Source: Verrucomicrobiia bacterium
Lineage (GTDB): Bacteria; Verrucomicrobiota; Verrucomicrobiia; Limisphaerales; Palsa-1400
NCBI GenBank assembly: GCA_036272955.1
Contig: DATAXU010000018.1
Span: forward strand, 1 to 62,506
Length of the DNA stretch: 62,506 nucleotides
Direction of reading: 5' to 3'
The number at the start of each line of letters is the position of its first letter. Positions within the stretch are counted from its first letter, which is position 1. The notes beneath the pieces are model-generated. The model was not told the origin of the DNA, did no database searches, and saw nothing but the letters and a program-made list of their open reading frames with translations. Positions 56,101 to 62,506 of the stretch are shown here, piece by piece. A program made the translations under genes and the position numbers.

Positions 56101-56821
56101 CGCCGCGGCCCAGATGCCCAATGGCCCCGTCGGATTCGTTGCTGTCGGATTTCACGAAGTCGCCGAAGGAGGTTGCGATTGCCATGTCGCTGAACACCCA
56201 TCCCGCCCCGCCGCCGCCATGACGGAGGTGGATTTCGTCGAAGGACGCGTGGGCGTGGAAACGGGTGATGAGACTTTCCGGTTGGGCGGTTTCAGATGCC
56301 CCGGGGCCAAGATCAGGATTCAACCAGACGGTGATAAGATCATCGCCGCCGGCGACATATTGGACCTTGAAAATGATGGTGCTCTCCAGGCCCCGATGGG
56401 GATTCTCATAATCATAGAACGTGCCATGACCGGAAGCCTCCGGACGCGATGAATGAAGATCGATGTAATCGGAACTCTTATTGACGTCGCCCGGGCCGTC
56501 CGCGCCGAATGCGCTATAAGCCCACGCCTTCAATGCGTTGCCGACGCCCAACCGTTCCTCGTCGCGATCATATAACTCGAACGCCGCAAAATATTCCTCA
56601 GTGCTGGTATCGGAAAGCGGGTCAATGTGAAATTTAAAATAAAGTGCGTCGGTGGAGGAATCGTCCCGCTTCACGGCTCCGCCAAGAATGTCAGTGCCAT
56701 CGCCGGTCTGACAAACCAGGGTCGCGCTCAGGTCGCTCCACAGAACCGAGGCGCGGCAAACGATCGTCCCCCAGCACGCTATCAGGAACAGCAGAAGTCC
56801 GATGGTGGGTTTCCGGGACAT
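53174..56821 (-). CDS. Large periplasmic-sensor histidine kinase (two beta-propeller 'Reg_prop' arrays + Y_Y_Y domain + TM + HisKA_3 + HATPase_c)
   Basis: 1215 aa with a signal/anchor. There are many ~45-aa repeats of the type DG.LW(I/V)GT..GL..(F/W). The Y_Y_Y region is FRYRLDGLDADWVEAG...YNYIPPGQYGFRL. A TM segment follows. H-box RIAQDLHDEMGAKL, then NVLKHS, DNGKGF and GNGLRNMRQRL. Confidence 0.85.
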   Translation of the reverse strand: MSRKPTIGLLLFLIACWGTIVCRASVLWSDLSATLVCQTGDGTDILGGAVKRDDSSTDALYFKFHIDPLSDTSTEEYFAAFELYDRDEERLGVGNALKAWAYSAFGADGPGDVNKSSDYIDLHSSRPEASGHGTFYDYENPHRGLESTIIFKVQYVAGGDDLITVWLNPDLGPGASETAQPESLITRFHAHASFDEIHLRHGGGGAGWVFSDMAIATSFGDFVKSDSNESDGAIGHLGRGEPPVTFRSWQREQGLPQNSVRAMAQTADGYLWVGNDDGVVRFDGLRFVSFGLREGLDSGPVQTLLGDKAGALWIGAAGGGLACWKDGKFTTYTMRDGLPSDSITALAEDKDGRLWIGTDAGLSVWRNRKRSAITTGEEFKGKTITSLCKDRTGTMWLGVAGVGVFRFQAGHFIPVQDASVEGLLQDPHCLLVDHKGRLWIGVANDVVLCRDRTHWQPYRIPSHQSKLYINALAESPDGAVWAASETEGLFEFQDGKIHPINASSGLSDNLIESLLVDREGALWVGTHGGLNRLHPRNLFAFGQKEGLGYGAVQSIAEIAPGIIWAGKTSDGLYVSQGGNFRRLSPPGLLLAGPEINSVLMARDGSCWVAGARGLLHFEDPASGGDDAELFTDVHGTAMTQANDGAVWVGTREGEIWRRWHDSWIGETNHWQTHPVTAVGQARDGSMWIGSEGGGLDRYNGEQRFHYDRQSGLLSDLIRTLYLDEQGVVWIGTAGGGLSRWRNGQIVTFTTREGLPDNTISQILEDHQGRLWLGTSRGIACVGKGEFEKLAAGKTPAVYPLVYGRTEGMLSEECTGGFSPAGMAANSGLLWFPTLKGVVVIDPRAQTPDATPPPILLEEVLLDGAPDPDFHPAAEPALLRIPPGNHRVEFRYTGVNFDSPERVRFRYRLDGLDADWVEAGTHRSALYNYIPPGQYGFRLAACDGDGPWSEAAVVLPMTASPHVWQVWWVRWLAALGILISVAAAVRLLEKRKSQDRLKRLEQEKALERERTRIAQDLHDEMGAKLCRISYLSEHARRSPDMSSEIKRQIVSISDSTREVLSSLDEIVWAINPQNDMLEHLVSYIGHYAREYFQETGIDCELDMPAQLPAYPLSSQLRHHLLLAVHEAFTNVLKHSGASRARISVVCEDSLLEVIVSDNGKGFAAPTNGDTGNGLRNMRQRLTEIGGDCSVKSKPGGETVVGFSLPLHHVANGKAVR

Positions 56822-56896
56822 GGTTCAATTGTAGAAGTGAAGAGGTTCAGAGACAAGCCAGCACTTCGCGGTTCGCCACGGTTGCATCACACGACG

Positions 56897-57523
56897 CTAC
56901 GGGTTGAGATATCGCGCCACCGCTTCGCTGCGGGTTTGCACGTGCAGCTTCTCGTAAATACGCCGCAGATACGTGCGGATCGTGGTGACGTTAATGCCCA
57001 GTTGATCCCCAATTTGCTTGTGGGCCAAACCCTTCGCCAAACAATCCAGCACCATCCGCTCGCGCGGCGACAGCGCAGCCGGTTGCTCACCTCCCTGCCG
57101 GGCGGCATTCTGGAAGGAGGCCACAACTTTGCGCGCTATCGAATGCGACATCGGCGAACCGCCTTCGTACACTTCCTGAATGGCCTCCAGAAGTCTTTCG
57201 GGATTGAGGCGCTTTAGCAAATACCCGCTGGCCCCCGCGGCAAGCGCGCGGAAAATCTGCTCGGTGTCCTCATAAACCGTAAGCATCACAATTTGAAGTT
57301 CCGGCGCCAGCTTTTTCAACCGCTGCACGCATTCGATTCCGCTCATGCCACCCATATGGATGTCCATCAATACGACGTCTGGACGCTCGGCCACCAGGCC
57401 TTGCATGGCCGCTTCCGCGCTTCCGTACGCGCTAAGACAACGAAACCCAGGCGAGCCGTTGATAAACAGCACGATCGATTGCCGCAATTTGCTTTCGTCG
57501 TCAACAATAGATACCGTGATCAT
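56897..57523 (-). CDS. NarL/LuxR-family response regulator (paralogue 2)
   Basis: MITVSIVDDESKLRQSIVLFINGSPGFRC..., DVVLMDIHMGGMSG, HTH LSPRERMVLDCLAKGLAHKQIGDQLGINVTTIRTYLRRIYEKLHV. Roughly two-thirds identical by eye to the regulator at 52554-53177. Confidence 0.9.
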   Translation of the reverse strand: MITVSIVDDESKLRQSIVLFINGSPGFRCLSAYGSAEAAMQGLVAERPDVVLMDIHMGGMSGIECVQRLKKLAPELQIVMLTVYEDTEQIFRALAAGASGYLLKRLNPERLLEAIQEVYEGGSPMSHSIARKVVASFQNAARQGGEQPAALSPRERMVLDCLAKGLAHKQIGDQLGINVTTIRTYLRRIYEKLHVQTRSEAVARYLNP

Positions 57524-57597
57524 CTCTTATCCAAGCTTGCTCTCCGCGTCGCCGCGCGGATAGTCCCATGAAATGACGACACCGGCCTTGCCCGCCT

Positions 57598-58710
57598 TTA
57601 CTGGTCCGCGCTCGGCTGAAAATCAATCCGGCGGCCTGTGCGGGCGGAGTCCCGGGCGGCATCCAGGATTTCTGTGACGGTGAGATTCATTTCCAGCGAA
57701 GAAAGACCGGAAGGCTGGGTCTCGCCGCGAACCACCGAAACCAGGTAGTTGAGCTGGTCGCGGTCCGGACTCGCGTTGGGCGGCACGGGCAATTTCAATT
57801 CGCTTTCCTCGCCGCCGATTTTGCGGATGCGCAGCAAGTCCCTGCGCGGCGCGAGCACATAACCAGTCGCGCCATAGACTTCCATGTCTTTGCGGTCAAT
57901 GGGCCAGTTCCACGATGCCTGGATAATCCCCTGCGCTTTCGGATAGGTGATAACGACGGTCGCCTCATCTTCAACCTTGGGATAAATCTCGGGCTTGATG
58001 TGCTGGGTGACGGCAAAGACCGACGTCGGCCGCTGCCCCCCCATCAACCATGTAATGAGATCCGCGCCGTAGCAGCCGAAATCCGGCAATGCGCCGCCGC
58101 CATTCAATTTGGGGTCCGTCAACCATTTTAGAAACGTCTCGGAGCAGCCGATCTCCTTTGGGCCGCGATGGCCGTCGTGGACCACGATCTTGCGCAAATC
58201 TCCGATGGCGTGTTCCTCGTCCACCAGTTTGTAGGCCGTTTGATTAGCGGGGTACCATGTGGTTTCATAGTTGACAATGACCTGGATCCCTCCGCCTTTG
58301 GCCGCGGCCTGGATTCGCCGCGCTGCGTCCATATCGACCGCCAACGGTTTTTCCATCATCACGTCGATGTGGAGCGGGGCGCACATCTCAACGACACGCG
58401 GATGGTCGTAAGTCGAAGTAAATGTTGCGACGGCATCGACATTCGTTTTTGCAAGCAGGTCCGGCAAGCTGGTGTAGAAAAGACTGCTGTTCAAATTGAA
58501 CCGCTTGGCAATCGCCGCCGCCCGTTCCGCGTCCGGCTCGACGATGCCCACCAATTGGGCCTCCGGATGATTTTGAAACATCGGAATAAACCCGTAGGCG
58601 TGATCATGCACCAAACCGAAAATCGCAATATGCACGGGCGGTTTTGCATTCTGCGACCAGACTGCGTGAATGGAAAAGACAAGACAAAGGCCGGCAATTA
58701 ATTTTTTCAT
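57598..58710 (-). CDS. Secreted Gfo/Idh/MocA family oxidoreductase
   Basis: Signal peptide MKKLIAGLCLVFSIHAVWS. Rossmann IAIFGLVHDHA. MMEKPLA motif. Confidence 0.8.
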   Translation of the reverse strand: MKKLIAGLCLVFSIHAVWSQNAKPPVHIAIFGLVHDHAYGFIPMFQNHPEAQLVGIVEPDAERAAAIAKRFNLNSSLFYTSLPDLLAKTNVDAVATFTSTYDHPRVVEMCAPLHIDVMMEKPLAVDMDAARRIQAAAKGGGIQVIVNYETTWYPANQTAYKLVDEEHAIGDLRKIVVHDGHRGPKEIGCSETFLKWLTDPKLNGGGALPDFGCYGADLITWLMGGQRPTSVFAVTQHIKPEIYPKVEDEATVVITYPKAQGIIQASWNWPIDRKDMEVYGATGYVLAPRRDLLRIRKIGGEESELKLPVPPNASPDRDQLNYLVSVVRGETQPSGLSSLEMNLTVTEILDAARDSARTGRRIDFQPSADQ

Positions 58711-58763
58711 GACGACCGGAGAATATCAGCCGGAAGCGTGCGAATCAACCACGCCGTGTCGCG

Positions 58764-59936
58764 CTAACGAACCAAAGGCACCTTGACCCACCGCCGCGAC
58801 TTGCTCGATTCTTCCACGGCTTCCATCACCGCGAGACATCGCGCGCCATCGAGAAAATCCGGGTGAACAGGCGCCTTGGCAACGACCGCCGCGACAAAAT
58901 CCGCGAAGGTGTTCACGAAAGTATGCTCGTAGCCGACGATGTGTCCGGGCGGCCACCAATTGCGGGCGTAGGGATGCACTTCGCGGTCCGTCACGATGAT
59001 GTCGGCGAAACCGCGACGGCGTTGCGCATCCGCCGTGCTGTAAAATTTCAGGCGGTTCATGTCCTCGAAATCGAAATAGAGACTGCCTTTGTCCCCGTTG
59101 ATTTCGAATGCGATGTGATTTTTGCGGCCCAGTGCAAAACGAGTCGCCTCAAGGTTCGCCATGGCGCCGTTTTCGAAGCGGCCGATCCAGCTCACCGCGT
59201 CATCCACAGTCACCCGCCCCTTCTTTCCCCCGGCGGCGGCGCGCGGCGGGACACTCCCAGGCTCCATAAATGGACGCTCCTTGATAAACGTTTCCATCAT
59301 CCCGGACACCTCTTTGACTTCGCCCAGCAAATATCGCCCCAAATCGATGATGTGCGCGTCGATGTCGCCGTGAGCGCCGGAACCGGCGAGATCTTTTCGC
59401 ATCCGCCAGGTCAATGGAAAATTCGCATTGACAAGCCACTCCTGCGCGTAACGCGCGTGAAAATGCCGGATGTTCCCGCCCAGTTCACCGCTGTCAATCA
59501 TTTGTTTCGCCAGCGCCACGGCCGGGATCCGGCGATAATTATGGCACACCATGTTCACCGTTCCCGCGCGCCGGGCAGCCGCCAGCATTTGCCGCGCTTC
59601 GGCCAGGTTGCGGGCCAGCGGCTTCTCGCATAAAACGGCCTTGCCGGCCCGCAGCGCCGCCACGGCCATTTCGCAATGCGTGTCGTTGCCAGTGGAAATA
59701 TCAACGATGTCGATTTCGGGCGACTCGATGATTTTGCGCCAGTCCGTCTCCGCCCGTTCCCAACCAAAAGTCTCGCGCGCGCGTTCGACCGCAACAGGGT
59801 CCCGCCCGCAAATGGCTGTCAACTCAACACGCGCCGGCAACTCCGGAAAGAAATGATTGATCTGCCGCCAGGCGTTCGAATGCGCCTTCCCCATGAACTT
59901 GTAGCCGATCAACCCGACACGCAGCCTCTTAGTCAT
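58764..59936 (-). CDS. Gfo/Idh/MocA family oxidoreductase
   Basis: Internal ATG of ORF 58764..59966. LRVGLIGYKFMGKAHSNAW, LCEKPLA. Confidence 0.85.
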   Translation of the reverse strand: MTKRLRVGLIGYKFMGKAHSNAWRQINHFFPELPARVELTAICGRDPVAVERARETFGWERAETDWRKIIESPEIDIVDISTGNDTHCEMAVAALRAGKAVLCEKPLARNLAEARQMLAAARRAGTVNMVCHNYRRIPAVALAKQMIDSGELGGNIRHFHARYAQEWLVNANFPLTWRMRKDLAGSGAHGDIDAHIIDLGRYLLGEVKEVSGMMETFIKERPFMEPGSVPPRAAAGGKKGRVTVDDAVSWIGRFENGAMANLEATRFALGRKNHIAFEINGDKGSLYFDFEDMNRLKFYSTADAQRRRGFADIIVTDREVHPYARNWWPPGHIVGYEHTFVNTFADFVAAVVAKAPVHPDFLDGARCLAVMEAVEESSKSRRWVKVPLVR

Positions 59937-59944
59937 CGCCAGCC

Positions 59945-61108
59945 TTAAACGTTTAACGTTGTCCACCGCGCATTTTTGGCCGACGACTTGAGCACCGCGT
60001 CGATAAACGCCATCCCACGCACCCCCGCGTCGATCCTCGGATAATCAAGCGCCGGATCATCAGCAGCCAGCTTGCGGCCTTCCTGATAAGCGCGAACGTG
60101 ATTGGCGAAATTGCGGTAAATATTCGCAAACGCCTCCAGGTAACCCTCCGGATGCGCCGCCGGCGTGCGCGTGGCGGATTGGGCGGCGGCGCCAAGGTAA
60201 CCATTGGCCGTGCGATAAATCTCTGTCGGCCGATCGCGCCATTTGACGAGCATCGTGTTCGGCTCCTTCTGATGCCACTCCAAACCGCCCGTCTCGCCCC
60301 AAACGCGGATATTCAAATTGTTCTCCTCGCCCACCGAAATTTGGGAAGCGTGCAAAACGCCCTTCGCGCCGTTGTCAAGTCGAATCAACACATTGATGTC
60401 ATCATCCAACCGCCTGCCCTTGACGAATATCGTCGCATCCGCCGCCAATTCCTTGATTTCCAGGCCGGTAATATATTCCACAAGATTTTCCGCATGGGTG
60501 CCGATGTCGCCGACGCACCCGCCCGCGCCGCACTGTTTCGGGTCCGTGCGCCACACGGCTTGTTTCTGACCCGTCGCTTCCAGCAGCGTCGCAAACCATC
60601 CCTGCGGATACTCCACCACAACTTTGCGCACCTTGCCTAATTTACCCGCGCGCACCATCGCCCTGGCCTCCTTCACAATCGGGTAACCCGTATAGGTGTA
60701 AGTCAACCCATAAAGCAGCCCCGTTTTGGCCACCAAATCCCGAAGCTTCTTCGCCTCCGCCAAATTCAAAGTCGCCGGCTTGTCGCTCAAAACATGAAAA
60801 CCCTGCCGCAAAGCCAATTGCGCCGCCGGCCAATGCACATGATTAGGCGTCACAATCGAAACAAAATCCATCCGTTGCGCCGCCGGAAGCGCCGCCTCCT
60901 GGCGGATCATTTCCCCATACGACCCATAGCACCGTTCCGGTGGCAGAAAAAGGTCCTGCCCGCTGGCACGGCTGCGTTCGGCGTCCGAGCTGAACGCCCC
61001 GCAAACCAACTCGATCTGTTGATCCAACGCCGCCGCTATTCGGTGGACCGCGCCGATAAAAGCCCCTCTGCCTCCGCCGATCATTCCATACCGGATTTTC
61101 CGCCTCAT
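59945..61108 (-). CDS. Gfo/Idh/MocA family oxidoreductase
   Basis: IRYGMIGGGRGAFIGAVH, VLSDKPAT (EKP-like), 387 aa. Confidence 0.85.
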   Translation of the reverse strand: MRRKIRYGMIGGGRGAFIGAVHRIAAALDQQIELVCGAFSSDAERSRASGQDLFLPPERCYGSYGEMIRQEAALPAAQRMDFVSIVTPNHVHWPAAQLALRQGFHVLSDKPATLNLAEAKKLRDLVAKTGLLYGLTYTYTGYPIVKEARAMVRAGKLGKVRKVVVEYPQGWFATLLEATGQKQAVWRTDPKQCGAGGCVGDIGTHAENLVEYITGLEIKELAADATIFVKGRRLDDDINVLIRLDNGAKGVLHASQISVGEENNLNIRVWGETGGLEWHQKEPNTMLVKWRDRPTEIYRTANGYLGAAAQSATRTPAAHPEGYLEAFANIYRNFANHVRAYQEGRKLAADDPALDYPRIDAGVRGMAFIDAVLKSSAKNARWTTLNV

Positions 61109-61133
61109 AAAAAATAAAGCATTAAAGTTGGAG

Positions 61134-61163
61134 TTGAATTGTCAAATTGCGGGCATTTATAGT
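61134..61163 (+). promoter_or_regulatory. Possible sigma70-type promoter for lpxD (TTGAAT-18 nt-TATAGT)
   Basis: gagTTGAATtgtcaaattgcgggcattTATAGTgac, 55 nt upstream of the lpxD ATG. Based on motif match only. Confidence 0.25.
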
Positions 61164-61217
61164 GACACCTGAATTTCAAGTCAATCGGCGACTTGGAAAA
61201 CCTGAATCAAAACTAAC

Positions 61218-62258
61218 ATGTTCACCGCCAGCGAAATTGCAAGCGAACTCGACGGCCAGGTCATCGGCGATCCCGCAACCCCCCTCGCCGGTTTTGCTCC
61301 CGCGACCTCCGCAAAAGCCGGCGACCTCACGTTTGCCGAAAACGAAACCTTTTTCCTCAAAGCCGAACAGAGCGCCGCCTCCGCCATTCTCATTGACGGC
61401 CCCTACATCTCCGCGCGCAAAACGCTCATTCGCGTCGCCAACGCGCGCATCGGGTTTGCCCGCGTGCTGCCCCTGTTTTTCCCGGAGCGCGCCTACGCCC
61501 CCGGCATCCATCCATCCACGATCCGCGCCGCCTCCTCGGAAATCGATCCCTCCGCGCACATCGGCCCCTTCTGCGTCATCGGCGAAAAAGTCAAAATCGG
61601 CCCAAACGTAGTCCTGCAAGGCGCCAACCATATTGGCGATAACGTGGTCATCGGCGCCGGCTCGCACCTGTTCCCCCACGTCGTACTTTACAGTCAAACA
61701 CAAATCGGCCAACGCGTGCGCATCCATGCCGGCTCCGTGCTCGGCTCCGACGGCTTTGGTTATGTATTCGACGCCGGCACGCATCGGAAAGTGCCGCAAG
61801 TCGGCCAGGTCATCATCCACGACGACGTCGAAATCGGCGCCAACGTCACAATCGACCGCGGCGCCCTCGGCCCGACCATTGTGGGCAAAGGCACGAAAAT
61901 TGATAATTTGGTCCAAATCGCGCACAACGTCATCATCGGCGAGCATTGCCTTATAGTCGCCCAGGTCGGCATCGCTGGAAGCACCAAGATCGGCAATTAC
62001 GCAACGCTGGCTGGGCAAGTCGGGATAGCCGGCCACCTAAGGATCGGCGACAAAGTCATCGTGGCGGCGCAATCCGGCGTCATGCACGACATCCCGGACG
62101 GGGGCAAATGGCTTGGTTCCCCCGCGCAACCTGACCTCCAGGCCAAACGCCAAATGATATTGCTGCGACAGCTCCCTGAGCTGCTCCGTCGAATCAGCCA
62201 ATTGGAAAAGCAACTGGCGAAATCGCAATCGGGAAAAGAAGGAAAACAGGGACAGTGA
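61218..62258 (+). CDS. lpxD: UDP-3-O-acylglucosamine N-acyltransferase
   Basis: 346 aa. LpxD N-terminal domain (IASELDGQVIGDP...), long left-handed beta-helix hexapeptide repeats (IGPNVVLQGANHIGDNVVIGAGSHL..., VGIAGSTKIGNYATLAGQVGIAGHLRIGDKV), and a C-terminal helix. Confidence 0.9.
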   Translation: MFTASEIASELDGQVIGDPATPLAGFAPATSAKAGDLTFAENETFFLKAEQSAASAILIDGPYISARKTLIRVANARIGFARVLPLFFPERAYAPGIHPSTIRAASSEIDPSAHIGPFCVIGEKVKIGPNVVLQGANHIGDNVVIGAGSHLFPHVVLYSQTQIGQRVRIHAGSVLGSDGFGYVFDAGTHRKVPQVGQVIIHDDVEIGANVTIDRGALGPTIVGKGTKIDNLVQIAHNVIIGEHCLIVAQVGIAGSTKIGNYATLAGQVGIAGHLRIGDKVIVAAQSGVMHDIPDGGKWLGSPAQPDLQAKRQMILLRQLPELLRRISQLEKQLAKSQSGKEGKQGQ

Positions 62259-62303
62259 AGGCTTGCCAACGAAGATTGTGCGGATAAAATGGCGACGAGA
62301 AAA

Positions 62304-62377
62304 GCGGGTGTGGTTCAATGGTAGAATGTGGCCTTCCCAAGGCTGAGACGAGGGTTCGATTCCCTTCACCCGCTCCA
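62304..62377 (+). tRNA. tRNA-Gly (anticodon CCC), CCA encoded
   Basis: Hand-folded cloverleaf: acceptor GCGGGTG/CACCCGC, D arm GTTC-AATGGTA-GAAT, anticodon arm TGGCC-TTCCCAA-GGCTG (anticodon CCC), variable AGAC, T arm GAGGG-TTCGATT-CCCTT, discriminator T, then CCA. Confidence 0.9.
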
Positions 62378-62506
62378 TTGACAATCAATGACTTACAAAG
62401 CCGTGCAGTAAAAGTGCAGTAGAATCAAACTGGAAGAACCAATCGCAAGAAGAGCGAAGATCAGGAAAGAGGAAGAGCTTTCAATGGGAAGCGCCTAAGA
62501 AAATCC

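Noticed and set aside
62378-62506. Sequence after tRNA-Gly as a possible integration site or start of a genomic island (contains GTGCAGTA twice).
   Set aside because: Only 129 nt remain in the window. No integrase, att-like repeat of the tRNA 3' end or other island hallmark is visible, so it cannot be evaluated.
1-62506. CRISPR arrays, rRNA genes, transposases/IS elements, integrases, prophage genes, reverse transcriptases/retrons, and known multi-gene defence systems (R-M with nuclease, CBASS, Thoeris, Gabija, Zorya, etc.).
   Set aside because: I found no regularly spaced direct repeats, no recognisable signature proteins in any ORF-track entry and no inverted terminal repeats on reading the window. 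The absence is based on inspection only and should be confirmed with dedicated tools.

Overview
This is a 62.5-kb chromosomal segment of moderately high GC. The gene content looks like a PVC-superphylum bacterium, most likely Verrucomicrobiota. That is an inference from many Gfo/Idh/MocA oxidoreductases, giant secreted BspA-LRR and FN3/PATR proteins ending in an 'FY(R/K)' tail, a gldAFG-like ABC + DUF4340 + AsmA-like cluster, and frequent weak or absent Shine-Dalgarno sequences. I support about 47 protein genes, one vapC-like pseudogene remnant and one tRNA-Gly(CCC). I saw no rRNA, CRISPR array, transposase, integrase or reverse transcriptase.

Gene blocks in order:
- PAS histidine kinase, cut by the window edge and missing from the ORF track
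- PadR plus a CcsA-like membrane protein
- BspA-LRR protein and an aldo/keto reductase
- a minus-strand run: GntR, membrane protein, P-loop kinase, TIGR04255-like protein and two small unknown proteins
- a 12-kb envelope array: DUF3160/HEAT, HtrA, ABC-2 transporter, GldG-like, DUF4340, AsmA-like
- DEAD-box helicase
- PL4 rhamnogalacturonan-lyase giant protein with sugar-metabolism neighbours
- two MFS transporters and a DUF255 thioredoxin-domain protein
- an orphan SPPY DNA methyltransferase
- treZ-treY-GH57-BON
- two two-component clusters separated by a visibly more AT-rich patch (S41 peptidase, nucleotidyltransferase 2-gene cassette, PIN remnant)
- three tandem Gfo/Idh/MocA genes, lpxD and the tRNA

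Most interesting observations:
1. A translationally coupled three-gene cassette (6864-8543, minus strand) built around a TIGR04255-like protein. This is my best guess for an undescribed system.
2. A bipartite conserved element of about 70-80 bp present both upstream of the gntR operon and upstream of the S41 peptidase 39 kb away.
3. A small protein plus minimal nucleotidyltransferase pair abutting a truncated vapC.
4. A PadR-coupled protein fusing a permease-prefix/HAAS-like domain to a CcsA-type heme-handling WWD domain.

All family assignments come from motif recognition by eye. No database search was run.
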